A DNA stretch of 63,268 nucleotides, the filler included, from Basidiobolus ranarum (taxonomy: Eukaryota), in the NCBI GenBank assembly GCA_040143965.1. It is 10 parts of 10 records of this genome, joined end to end, with 100 filler letters (N's around TTAATTAATTAA, not from the genome) between each part and the next. Parts side by side here need not be neighbours in the genome. Positions count along the whole stretch, not along the records: positions 12,699 to 18,942 come from JASJQH010001366.1; positions 19,043 to 25,285 come from JASJQH010001367.1; 8 more parts are not named here. One strand, 5' to 3'. The position numbers and the translations under genes were made by a program. The notes under the pieces were generated by a model, which saw only the letters and a list, made by a program, of their open reading frames with translations, was not told the origin of the DNA and made no database searches. Of this stretch, positions 12,699-24,946 are shown piece by piece. Positions within the stretch are counted from its first letter, which is position 1. Each line of letters starts with the position of its first letter.

Positions 12699-13081
12699 CC
12701 ATATTTCTTTCCCCTTCCACCATAGCCATGTCCATCGTATTCATCATCATCATAGTCATCACCACCACCACCACCGCCGCCGTATTTCCTTCCTCTTCCT
12801 CCACCATGCTTGTAGTCACCTCCATCACCATGTCCATCATATTCATCATCATAGTCATCACCATCACCGTTATATTTTTTCCCTCTTCCATGGCCATCAC
12901 CATCGTATTCATCGTAATCACCATGTCCACCACCGTTTCCGTATTTCTTTGTTCTTCCTCCACCTGAGCCACCATATCCTACTCCGTTATAGCTTGGATC
13001 ATAGGACCGTTCAGTCACGCTGGCATTTATAGCTAAGACTGCGGAGAGAACAAGCAATAGTTGAGCAGTAGAGTATTTCAT
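12699..13081 (-). CDS. Secreted Gly/Asp/Tyr/His-rich repetitive protein, 3'-truncated
   Basis: Signal peptide MKYSTAQLLLVLSAVLAINA, then repeats of (G)DDYDDEYDGHG and GRGKKY. Confidence 0.8.
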
Positions 13082-13989
13082 TGTTGAGACAATTGTTGTG
13101 CGAATTCAAATCAGAATGATCGCACTATTTAACGGTAGGAGAACAATGTAGATACATGCGGATTGACATGGAAATCCCGATTTTTAGATGCATTCCCTCG
13201 TTCTTTGGGCTCTTGATCTGCGAAAAAGCATATGCTCATTTGTTTGTCTCTGGCGTTAATTTCAGTACATTGATGCATAGTTGTTTATCTTGAATTTTAT
13301 AGCCCCAAACTTCCAAGTGGAACCAGATTTTTTCGAATATACGAGTAGTTACAAATACTATGATAGCAAAGCGAATAGTGATAAAATTAACAATTCGTAT
13401 AGATTTTTGAGGCAGCGATAATGACATGTACTGAATTCCTTCCTAGTATCATTGAATGAAAGCTTTTATTTCAGATACAGTTTGTGCAAGTCTTGATCAC
13501 TTCAAACCTGGTGCAATAATCCAAGTGAACTTTTAACTCTTGCTAACGTAAGAGTTGCTTTCCTAAATCTCTCAAGGTGGCGTGGAGATGAATGATTCGT
13601 ATTACTTATTACCATTTGGTGTTTATAACCACCCAACACCGTCTCTTCATTACATATAAGTTTCTTATTCATTCAGTGATTTATCACGTGATAATCCATT
13701 CATGAATACGTACAATAAAGCTATCATTTTCGCTAACATGGCTACTGATAGTTTTAGATTCAACCTTATTTGTGTTTACTATAATTTTATTGGGTAACTA
13801 ACTGTTCCTCGATCAATGATCGATCAGTTACTAAGGCTTGAAACACAAACTGACTTTGATTTCGATATATAATAGTGTTATTGGTAGCTACCATAGATAG
13901 AAAAATTCAAACTTAGCCAAGTTTTAATTAAGTCACATTATCTGTACGCTAATGGATACGGAGTCTACAGAGTGTCATAGATTACTGGC

Positions 13990-14350
13990 AAAAATTTATT
14001 CACACCAGTACAGATTGTCTGTTGTCAAGCATCGATTTCAATTGCCGAATCTGGGAAATTTTGTTTACCTCAAGTTTTAATTTATTCCTCCCAACTAATA
14101 TTACTTGTAACTTTGGAAGTATTTATTGAAAAATGGGATAACTCATGCGATATTAGCACCTGCTCTTTGGCAGAAGGGGGATATTTTGCAGAACGGGGAT
14201 TATTTGTCAAGCTTAAGTAAACCAAGATCATTGATATTAACTGGAGAGGCACTCAATTCAACATTCCTTCAAAACGTGTTACTTCAAAATATCATCCATC
14301 ATATTCAATGCATATGGGCCAACTGAAACACACGTAGCCACGGTGTGGAA
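13990..14350 (+). pseudogene. Relic of an NRPS-type adenylation domain
   Basis: SIDFNCRIWEIL (A4-like), GITHAIL.PAL, LILTGEAL, and after a frameshift IFNAYGPTETHV (A5) from 14301. Confidence 0.75.
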
Positions 14351-14577
14351 AAGTGAGTACCATATTCTTAGAAAAGGAAAAGTATACTTAAGAAATCAAC
14401 AACAACCTATCTACTCTGTTCATGTTGACTCGTCAAATAATGTATTTATTATAAGAATGCTAAACGAGAAAAAATACCGAAACATATCCGTAGACAACTC
14501 TATATTGGGCTTACCGAATTCCCTTTCTAGAGCTCATTGTTGAATTTTTTGCAAGAAAAAAGCCAACAACAATATTT

Positions 14578-15435
14578 TTAAAGTTGATAAAGAGTATGCA
14601 TTTTTTCAAGAACCCAAGCACCAAGAGCTTTGTGAACCTTAGCTTCAGGATGATAGTAATCGAAGAAAAAGTGCTCTTCAGGATCGTTGCAAGCGGTGGT
14701 GTTTCCAATACCAACGGCACAAGCACCGTTGCTAGTAGACAAGTTCAATTTCTCAGGGTGAGCGATTTGTTCCTCGAACCAACTATTGTCGTCCAAGAAG
14801 TTAAAGTTGGCACCACCGATCTTTTTGAGGTCAGTTTCGAGTTGAGAGTTGTAGTTGTTAATGAGGGTTTTGGTCTTGCTCTTATCACTGTCTTGAATGA
14901 CGGGCCAGTGGTAGAAAGGGGCACAGTTGAGAACGAGGAAGTCCTTGGCACCATACTTGGATTGGAGAAGCTTGACACCTGTGGCAACGTTTTGAGCCAC
15001 CTTTTGGTACGTGTAGCTCTTGTTGATAACCTTGTATTGGTCTGGGTTAATGATGGAGTTCAAATCGTTGTAGCCAATGTAGATAATGTACAAGGATTCA
15101 GCGGTGCCATTGGTTTTGAGAGTTTCAATCTGTTGCTTGAGACCGGGAACAGTCCAGTTGTTGAATTCAGAGTAAACATCCGCATTGTCAGTAGTGGCAC
15201 CACCATAGCCATTGTTACTAACGTTGTAATGAGTCAAATTCTTGGCAACGTATTCAAGCCAAGTAGGACCATTGGAGAAACGACCTTTCCAGTAAGGAGG
15301 AGAGGGTGGGAACTTGCTGTGCTTGTAATCATTGCCGTTATCGGTAAAGCTGTCAGCGTGAGCGATGATCTTGTCAAAGGCAGAGACGGCAGAGACTGAG
15401 ATAGCCACAAGGGAGGCAATAGCAGAGAACTTCAT
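14578..15435 (-). CDS. Secreted SGNH/GDSL lipase-esterase (CE16-like), intronless
   Basis: Signal peptide; block I HADSFTDNGN, GRFSNGPTW, block II GGAT, block III GYND, block V FFDYYHP. Confidence 0.92.
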   Translation of the reverse strand: MKFSAIASLVAISVSAVSAFDKIIAHADSFTDNGNDYKHSKFPPSPPYWKGRFSNGPTWLEYVAKNLTHYNVSNNGYGGATTDNADVYSEFNNWTVPGLKQQIETLKTNGTAESLYIIYIGYNDLNSIINPDQYKVINKSYTYQKVAQNVATGVKLLQSKYGAKDFLVLNCAPFYHWPVIQDSDKSKTKTLINNYNSQLETDLKKIGGANFNFLDDNSWFEEQIAHPEKLNLSTSNGACAVGIGNTTACNDPEEHFFFDYYHPEAKVHKALGAWVLEKMHTLYQL

Positions 15436-16370
15436 CTTCTAGGTTAATGCTGTACTATGAAAATAATATCTACACATTCTCTTTTATATATGATTTTTTT
15501 TCTCGTTCTGTCATGAATATTGACTTTGCATGCAAAACAGTAATTCAGCCCGGCAAGTAAAAGGAAGCGTTTGTAAAAAATGCGTCTACATTTGAAACAT
15601 GGAATATTATTTGTAGAGCACACGTCACTATATGTATTTCATGACTTACTCTATGAGAGAGTAAAGTGTCTATTGGACGACTACCATGATACGCCAGGAA
15701 TCTCTACCGTACAAGCTCTCTTACTGATGACTAGTAATTCTTTTTATTGATGATTCTGTTACTGATGACTAGTAGTTCTTTTTATTAGTAATATATGCGT
15801 ATATATAGATTACGCAACCATTGTTGTTAACATGAGTCAAGTTCTTGACAACGTATTCAAGCCAACAAGTCTCAATATAAAACAAAAGCTCTACATATAA
15901 TATTTTTTCAGCAAAATCATGTAATGAGTATAAAAGCATGTTCAAGAAAATCCCAAAGTTGCGAGGGCATTTCATAGTATGACAAAGTTTCTTGTTAAAT
16001 ATATCATGTAATAAAGCTGAAATTATATGTGGAATTATTAAGGCCCTCTAGGCAAGCCGCTAAAAAACTACATGTCAGGTACGTAAATGAAGTACTTACC
16101 TAATGCTTACATGCGCTAAAAACTTTTTTTTTATAGTCTACTGAGTTTCAACAACGTTATTATCATTGAACTTCCTCTTAGTGCACCTTTATTTCATGTT
16201 GATAATTTCCCTAGTTTTGTCTTTCTTTTTGTTTCTCTCTTCTTTTTTGTTCTCAACATATATTGACACCTTGACAAATTACCAAAATATAATAGAAAAA
16301 AAGGAAACAAACATTGACAGGAAATACAAACGTTCCTCCAGACACACCTACACCTAGTACCATTGAACAA

Positions 16371-17150
16371 ATGGCTTTGCAAATCAAGTCTTTTGAATAA
16401 CAGACTATTTCAGGTATATTTCCTCAAAACGCCTCTGTCTTGGAGCTAAAGAATGAAGTGAAAACTGCGTTTGATGTTGAATCTGAATGACAACGGTTGA
16501 TTTTTCAAGGTCATGTATTGAAAGATGATAAAAAATTGGCAGATTATGGTATGAGTATAACTAGAACAATATATATACTAAATTTGCATTTTTCGCTCCT
16601 TTCTTCCATCCTTTAGCTAACCTTGATAATGGCAAAGTTATCCACTTGGTCCTTAGACCTGCAGATGCTCCACATAACCCACTGAACTGTAAATACAAAT
16701 ATTATGTATTATTTTTTTTAAAAAAAAGATTGCTAATCTGCTTGCTAATCCTAGAGCTAGGAGTTAGAATACTCTCCCGAACACTCAACCAGATATTTGG
16801 TAGATGGCCATTAGATCATTCTATAAATTAATTAAGTTGGATATAATTTGATAATGAGAGTAGCGATGCATAAGGAATAACTGATTCAGGTTCAGCAGAT
16901 GCTATACCCTTCGATCTCCCCTCGCATTTAGTAAATACACTCGGCCAGTCTTTACCTCAGCAAGCGTTACGTGATCAAGTTCGAGGGAATTCAGTACAAG
17001 CAGGCCATGCTTTGTCTGATTCGGATCAGTTTGATCCAACCCATACGATTGATTAGACGTTATATCAGCCTTCACAGCTTACTGAAGCAGAAGAACCTCC
17101 TTCACCGGAAGAACCAGATGGTTTCTTCGGTGTAATTAAAGATTTGATCT
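16371..17150 (+). pseudogene. Pseudogene of a protein with an N-terminal ubiquitin-like domain (BAG6-like)
   Basis: MALQIKSFE*QT..SVLELKNEV...*QRLIFQGHVLKDDKKLADY, intron 16549-16616, then NLDNGKVIHLVLRP; in-frame stops at 16398 and 16488; 3' limit approximate. Confidence 0.75.
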
Positions 17151-18942
17151 ATGACTTATTAACACATTATGTAATTATTGATTATTAAATCATTTCAAGG
17201 TTCAGAGTATTAGACATTCAACTGATGTCTTATAAGCAATGATTAGGCCGTAAAGGCCCTATTAAATTTCATAGTAGTATTCTTCTTCTAACCATCGTCA
17301 CTAAATATTCCTATTCAAACAAAACCTATCTACTGCGAATCCCATAATTTCAAACAGCAAGTAAATTCCCCACTTATATATAACTGGATACGGAAATAAC
17401 TTCGACAATGAAGATAGTCTCTACGTGAACATGTGCCATTCCTGTGTGCACATTTCGAGTAACATACTTGAATATACGTAGCACGAGTCATTTTGCCAGT
17501 CGGTGCTGACATTTTATTCTTAACTTTAAATTAGTATCCGTTCTCTAATCAGAATATTGAGCAATAGCCAGTTTTTACTTCCAACACTAGAAAGTGCGAT
17601 AATTTGAATAGTGCGAATTTCAACAAGCAAGAGAATTCCGACGAAAAGTATCAACCTGGCCTGAGTTTGAAGTGGAGTGCTAAACTACAACATGAAGAAG
17701 TCACAGAATCCGGGTCCATTTAGACAATAATCCTTTCCGTAAGTCTGACTAAATACCTGATTTAATACCACAAGCAGATTGAGATCCTGAACAAATTCTA
17801 AAAAACTAATGAATCTTCGCAGTCAAAGACCAGTCGTAAATACCATTTGATAATTCTGATAACTTACAACATGACAACAAGCTATAAACACATAAGATAT
17901 TATTCTATTTATCTCTCTGATGGTATGGAATAAGAAAGTATCCGGAAAATGATTTGAGCTCATTAATATCCCACATTCCCACAATAGTACTAGCAAAAGA
18001 TTTATTGCCTATATATAGTGTCACTGCAAGGATTAATGTTGACTATGAAATGAGTATCTACGTTCCAAAATGCCACTCCTGTGCGCACATGACCAGCAAC
18101 TGCTTGAAAACACGTAGTATGAGTCTTTTGCATCAATCATAAAATAACCCTAACCCTAGCCTTGTACATAAATACTGAAACATTAAATTTTGAATGCATA
18201 AGCAGTTGCTACTTTTGATTACACGAGGTAATATTTATTGTGGCCAAAGTGGATTTAGTATAGCTAATGGTACAGATTCTAAATCAAAGCCTAAATTACT
18301 ATAAACCATACCAAAAACCACAAGTTTGTCATATCTGCAAATTGGTACTATTAAATGGCGCGCATTAAAGATTTTATCAGTTGGGTAGAGTTGCATCTAC
18401 TTGAGTGACATCTACCTGTAACCTAAGTTTCTGAGGGACTAGTGAGTAGAGACTTGATGGTTTCGATTCATGTCGAGGATGTTGTCCTCTGGAGTCTAGT
18501 GCTGACATTGATACAGCCGAGTAATCGGGAGGTATCAAGGTTATTAAAGACTTGGGAAACGCGTGAGACTGGCAACAAAGCAATAAAAATCAAGCGCACT
18601 GGAGCAGTCAGAGGTTTGCAAATCTGAGTGAATGGTCATCAGTAGCTGCTATAATAAAGTTCGACTACCAACTATCCTCATACTTTTCTCTTGCACTACA
18701 GTGGCCGTCCTAGTAAATATTTAACAAAGTGATTTTTGGAAAGTTATGAAATTATGAGAGGTGCTTGGAAGCATAATTGAATCAGTCTTTGTTGAATGCT
18801 GGAACAAGTATAGAAAAAGGCTTCTCTATTGGATAGTGAGAAAGAAAGAAAGTAGAAAGCGTGAATTTACTCCGTTTGGGAGTTCTTTTGGTGTGTAGGA
18901 CAAAGAGTGGCAATTGAAGGAAAAATCTCATCTATACACCAA

Positions 18943-19042
18943 NNNNNNNNNNNNNNNNNNNNNNNNNNNNNNNNNNNNNNNNNNNNTTAATTAATTAANN
19001 NNNNNNNNNNNNNNNNNNNNNNNNNNNNNNNNNNNNNNNNNN
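18943..19042. other. Artificial contig linker
   Basis: N44-TTAATTAATTAA-N44. Confidence 0.99.
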
Positions 19043-19969
19043 ATTACATTGAAGTGTAAGTTATATAAATCTATGAATTTCCCTTTCCATATCAAGATGT
19101 TTTCATGCTATTGACCAAATTTCGGTACATATATCCCCACAAGATTAATAGTTCTTTCCCTATATTAAATCTGTAAGCACAATATGATATTCCCAATAAA
19201 GATTCTGAAAGCCTAACCCTAACCCATATCGAGAAGCCTTGGATTTCCCCAAACCCGTCATAACTCTTGGAGCTCATTGCGGATTGTTGAAACCTTCACA
19301 GCTTTGCCGATATTAATGATATACACAAGTTTCATAAAGCCACTAGCTTAAATGTAACGTGATGATCCAAGTGGCATGCATATAGAAGGAACGAAAAATA
19401 CTATTCGTAGCTTATATGATACCTAAAGATAGTAACTACTACTAGCAACCCCACTGGAGACAAAGCTAAGTGGTTTTGAGGTGGGCTCTTACGAAGATTA
19501 TGTCTTTGTACGATGGTTGATGGAAATGTATCAATAGACTTTTGATAAACAACATCAATTGGAATACTCTTACAGGAATCCACCGTGTCCGAAAGAATGA
19601 AATACTCCGTACATGGCAGTATTTCCTCCATTTCATGAATGACAATCTATGTTGCAGCATATAGTATTATAATAGCATATCCTTTGCATGTAGTGGCGCT
19701 TGCTGTGAAAGAGATAAAAGATATTTACATATTAGGTTTGGGGTTAGTTGAGCGATCAACGCAATCATTTGGTCATTCTTTGTTACTAAAGCGAGCGAGT
19801 GATAGATATACATGGTACTTAAGAATCTTTGCCTTTATAAAACGCTTGTTTGTTACTTTGTTACTGTCTATACTTCATAAATGCTTGTTTATTACTTTGT
19901 TATACTTCAAAAGTGGCATCCACTATTACTGCTTTCATAGCAATTATGACCATAGTTTCCGTCTTTTTA

Positions 19970-20329
19970 TCATTCGTTACCCACATCAGGAGAAGTTCCT
20001 TCATCTACCTTAGTGCTGCCTCTCTTTTTATCTACATCTTGTCGACTCGAAGCTGCATGTCGTACCTTGTTATATGTGTCTCCTGACATTCGATGAATCA
20101 TATTTTCAATATTAAGTTGAATCTTTGCCGCATCTTCTTCCTTGGATGATTTGAACCTCTGGACAAGTTGGCCACCTTTTGGATTACGTCCTAGATTGGA
20201 ATCAGTGTTGGACACGGAAGAACTTGCGACGTTACTGCCTGTCACCTGATAAGGAGTGGTCTGTAACTGACTCCCAGCAGTAAATGTAGCAATGAGGAGT
20301 GTGCTGATGATGGCAAGCTGTGCATACAT
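19970..20329 (-). CDS. Small secreted protein of unknown function
   Basis: MYAQLAIISTLLIATFTAG signal peptide and hydrophilic body; TATAAAT upstream. Confidence 0.6.
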   Translation of the reverse strand: MYAQLAIISTLLIATFTAGSQLQTTPYQVTGSNVASSSVSNTDSNLGRNPKGGQLVQRFKSSKEEDAAKIQLNIENMIHRMSGDTYNKVRHAASSRQDVDKKRGSTKVDEGTSPDVGNE

Positions 20330-20769
20330 TTCGAGTGATGGATAAGTATTTTTCGGTCGAATCTGCACATTTATACAACTCTATGGCTGAAGGTTATTTA
20401 AGTTTGATCTTAATCGAAGTATATCTTACTGGTTAATCATACTAGTATCTTGGCAAAGTATATCTTACTAGTATTGATCCAAGTTGCTAGTATATCTTCT
20501 ATTTCAAAATCTACCGTTTATGAAAGCAATCACGATGAAGGCCAATTAGATAACATATAGATGTCTACAAAAGCATAGTTTGTTAGTATCGAATTAGTAC
20601 GTATCTGATGCTAGTCTTCAATTTTTTGAAACTAGAATTCCAAAAAGTAGAATGTTGCAAAATGCATGGACTGTATAGAATCAGTAACCTCAATCATCAT
20701 TGTGAATACTTTGTTAATCTTGATAGAATTATCAAATTGTTCCTCGTGATGGAATTGGCATGGTAAAAC

Positions 20770-21010
20770 TGTTGAAATTAGCATAGCCTAAACATCTATA
20801 TAGTTATACATAGCTTAGTATTTAGTTATTCTATACTGAACTAAGATATTACATACTATTCTCAATTGGAATTTACTTGGAAGTTCTCAGATATATCGAT
20901 TTTTCAAACTTCTCCTAGAGGCCCCAAACTTTGCATTCATGTTCCTGGGACCCTCCTTAACACATTCTACACGTCTGTTTGTTTATCTCTTGACGAAACC
21001 CTAAATGTCT
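20770..21010 (-). mobile_element. Truncated copy of the ~345-bp solo-LTR family
   Basis: TGTTGAAATTAGCATAGCCTAAACA... is shared with 50318 and 34077, and with the reverse complement of the end at 33383. Confidence 0.8.
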
Positions 21011-21054
21011 TTATATCATCACAAAAATCACATGCTCACATTTGGCACATCTAA

Positions 21055-21603
21055 TTAACATGAAACATTGCAAGGAGTTCATCGAAGCCAGTCTTCAAAA
21101 ACCATCCCTCAAGTACAATCCAGCACATATTTCTTGATTTCTTTGGGACTCCGCACATCGAGAACTAAAGGTTAATGTATAAAGCCTACAAATCTTCATA
21201 TCAACCCTTTACATGGGTAAAATTGCTGAGTTATTGATAAGGTGATGGAGTAATAACGAAGCTCAATAGTGGTCTCAGTCCGGAGAAACTTCAAAGAGTC
21301 AATGATTTGATTCTTCTCTAGGAGCAGCATATTAAATGCAAAATTGGGAATGGCCTCAGAAGCTCTAAAATCTTCGGCGTTTACGGTTCTCGGCATCATG
21401 CGGTTAACCATCATTCGCCGTATGATTTTCTCTTTGATAGTCTCTAACTCACCATCATCAACAAGTGTATTCCACGGAGAGTATGTTTTTGCGCATAGCA
21501 GGCATCAGTGCTTCGCTCGGCAGTGGGTAGGCATATTTTTATAGTCTTTCGTCCCGAAACCGACATTAATGGTTGAATGAGGCGAGAATAGGTTTGACAC
21601 CAT
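21055..21603 (-). pseudogene. Decayed intronless ORF of unknown family
   Basis: One frame from ATG 21603 (MVSNLFSPH...CLLCAKTYSPW...) interrupted by TGA/TAA stops without frameshift. Confidence 0.45.
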
Positions 21604-22139
21604 ATTTTGTCTAATCGGGGTTCGCTAAAGTGTAGCACACAGTTTATTTTGTCCAATTGTGTGAGCGGGGGAGGAGAAAGTAGCTGGGCGCAAGGTGGAT
21701 ATAAGCAGTGTGTCAATATGAGTGAAACGCGCTGTAAAACCAAGGGAGGAAATAAATATAAGCTCAAATCAAATCTATATACATATATATTCTAGAAGCA
21801 ACCAGGGAGCAGCGTGTAACCAGTTGACGGATACTGAGAACAATCTTTAATTTAGATGACCAACTTGATTATATTTGGCCCTTCCGTGGCCTCTCTGATG
21901 GTCCAAGTGCAACGACTAAATCATGACGTAGTTAGCCTAGAGCAGAACGCTAATAGTATATGATTTTCGTCAATCTACGATCATCGGGAGTTCCATCCGA
22001 TTAGCAGATCCGCTTTTTCTAATAGTAAATTGATATTATAATTTCAGACAGTAATTGCTTACCATGATCCTTGACTTTGAGTGTACAACGGATGCTTGTG
22101 TCATTGTTTTCTCTATGTTTTGGTGATATCGTGGAAAAA

Positions 22140-23694
22140 TATTCTTTTTCTTACATTACAGTCTACTAAACAGTGCTGAGATTTGAATGATCTGCCCTGA
22201 TATGCTTTGAGACGGAATAGGATGAGCTATATGTAAAATTGCATGATTACCGTTTTCAAGTCCTTGTTGGCTATGTTTTTAGAGCATTGTTGCAAGAAAA
22301 TTGAATATTTTACCACAGAAATTACGGCATTTATGAAACATATATTTCTTACTTTAAAATAACATAATAACTTGATCACGGGGTGTATTCTCTACCCCAA
22401 ACGGGAGCAAATTCCTTACTCTATTCGACCCGATGGAGACTCTCTCAGACTAGCCGTAGCTGATTATTTGACGGAGAGCAGAATCCTGGATAATGCCCTT
22501 AAAGGTAATCTTGCTGAGAAAAAACCGGCCATGCAATTCTCACTGTAGCAAGAGAGACAGCTTCAGCCGTTCAGGATTGAGGATCTTAAAGACAGAAGCA
22601 CCGCCATGACATTCAGTAACGCTATCACTCGCTTAAAAATGGCCGGAATGGATCCGATTCACGATTTAAAAGCATTTGGGCTTGATAAAAAATCGGTTTG
22701 TAACCCTACATATTTAGCCGCGAATCTTTTTGTTGCCTTACCATTAGTTGCCGATTGTCTTTATATGACATTCGATGAGACTGAGAGGTTTCCTGACTTT
22801 GGGTATGATGTCCTCAGCGTTGAGCTGCATCTCAATTACAATGTTGGACTGAAGGATATGACTTCATATTGGAAAAGCGCGGATCTAGAAAGCCTTGTGT
22901 TCTCAATATTGAAGATGCTCCCACCGGGTTCTACAACTACCAAAGAGCTAGTCGAACCACTAAAGGACTTATTAGCGATGGCCGAAAAAGGCACATTTGT
23001 TCATTATCTCTCTCAAGTCACTTTAAAACGCTTAAAGAAGAACTTGCTATTCTTGAGTGAAAAGGCAGTACAAAGTTTGAAAAAATCTATTGTGTGTGCC
23101 ACAGAAAATCTTTTCTGAGAGAGATACTTAATGGTCCCATACCTAAGGAATAAAACTTTGGATTTACTATATAGCCGAAAAACTCTCCGAAACAACATTA
23201 TTGTCCGTCCACCGGTACTCCGCTCAAATGATGCTCCTCACATGCACCAAAAAATTCAACAGGCCATTACCACCCGAAAACTTGGCTTATACTCAAGCGG
23301 CCAGTTATTATTCAAAGAGCAAGTAGGAGAGTGTGCAATGCGCCTATCTAACTTAAGTGATGTTAAAAAAGCTATCGTTAGAGAGGGGCTTTGTACAGCT
23401 AACTCTTACGGCCTGTTCATACTCCAGATCGCTACTCTTGAATATGAACAAAGAGTTCGTACTCAAGTTCCATTCTCGAGCATTCCTTATGAGTACCTAT
23501 TGGCTTGCCAAAGGTTGTTTCACGATTCTTGGATTGATGAGCTCATAGCTTTAAAAATTAGCCGAATGATGAAGGGACAAGTAAGTATGATGGGTAAGAG
23601 AGATGCATTTTTATTGTTAGATGATCCTACTTACAACCCTTTTGATGGTATTTTTCGCTCAATAGTAAAAAAGATAAATTCTAGCGGAAAGTAG
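22140..23694 (+). pseudogene. Long decayed intronless ORF (~500 codons) of unknown family
   Basis: ORFs 22606-23118 and 23131-23694 are in one frame, split by a single TGA; the frame extends upstream with scattered stops; AATAAA follows the end; 5' limit approximate. Confidence 0.6.
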
Positions 23695-24027
23695 TTCAAA
23701 TTTATTCTAACTCATAACCTTATTCTAAATCACAGTTTAATTCTTATTCTCAGTTACACTTGATTCAATAAATAGCATTTATAATATTGAGCCATTACTT
23801 TCTTTAGACTTGGTCTATTTTGATCACGAATAGAAGAAGGAAAGATTGAATATACACCAGCGCTCATAACTGATTCACTTTGTTGCATACATTTTTTCAA
23901 CTGACAATATCTTTTCATTTACTCAATGTATTAACATGACATTTTCTCACTGCTTAAGCAGAGTCCAAATGACAGTCCTTCATGTTCAACTATTCTTGAC
24001 AATATTATCCACACTTACATTTGTTGC

Positions 24028-24285
24028 CTAAGCAGAACATGTTTGGTAGGGGTCTTCCAAGACTTTCCTTGCCTTCTTGGCAGCTTTGGCTCTTGAACAT
24101 TGAATTAGCAATTTATCTTTAACATTAAGACAAATTGTGTTAAAGGCACTTTCTTCTTTTTTAGCCTGGAGTAAAGCTTTGGTTTTGGATAGTTTTGCAT
24201 TGTTTTCTTCTCCTACAACAGTATCCCAAAGTCCTTTTTCTTGCAGCAGCATTTTCATTTTAATTGCCCAGTCTTCTCTATTCAT
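24028..24285 (-). mobile_element. Ty1/Copia gag N-terminal fragment
   Basis: WAIKMKMLLQEKGLWDTV...AFNTICLNV.D motif (DUF4219/gag_2-like). Confidence 0.8.
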
Positions 24286-24946
24286 ATAGAATTGGTTTTT
24301 TCTCCTACTCTTTGTTTTTGTTGTGAATTTTGTATTCCATATTTGGCCTGTTTACTTTTTATTTATTTCAAGAATGATGAACAACAATATAATGCGTGAA
24401 CTGAATTATACCAAACATGAATAATAAATATCGAATTTCATCTCAACCATTTAGCCTTAGACAAATTCTTACCTGATATAGACATGTTCTACAGTGACCC
24501 AGTCAGGCAACAGCACTAATGTCATCAATTTTGATTAGTACAGGGACTTAGTTATACAGTGTATTAATGAATAACTGATATCTTTAGATGATTACTTTTG
24601 CGTGTAGAATTTGTGGTTGTGCCAATGAGAGTTTTGATTTGTGGATATAGTTGTGACCTGACAAAATATCGTTTTGTTCGTTTGGGACTTCATTCTCTGC
24701 ACTTCTATATTCAGCAAAGTTGGAAGTTCTGGCCATGTAAGATGTAGTATCCAGTATAACCATGATTCGAAAGTGGCATAAAGTAGCATGAATGAAAACT
24801 TTATTAAGAAAGCATCCGATTCACTAGCTCATTTGGTGAACAGGATAAAGGTGGAATTAGCGGTATCGTAAACTATATAAAATGAGGAAAGAAGCACTTC
24901 AAGGATAAAGTAAATTAATCACCTCTAGTTAGTTTTACTAAGTAAT

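Noticed and set aside
12643..12975. Met/Val-rich and Ile/Thr-rich ORFs
   Set aside because: Alternative frames of the Gly/Asp/Tyr repeat gene
14584..15399. 271-aa + strand ORF
   Set aside because: Antisense shadow of the codon-biased GDSL gene; no ATG start and no motifs
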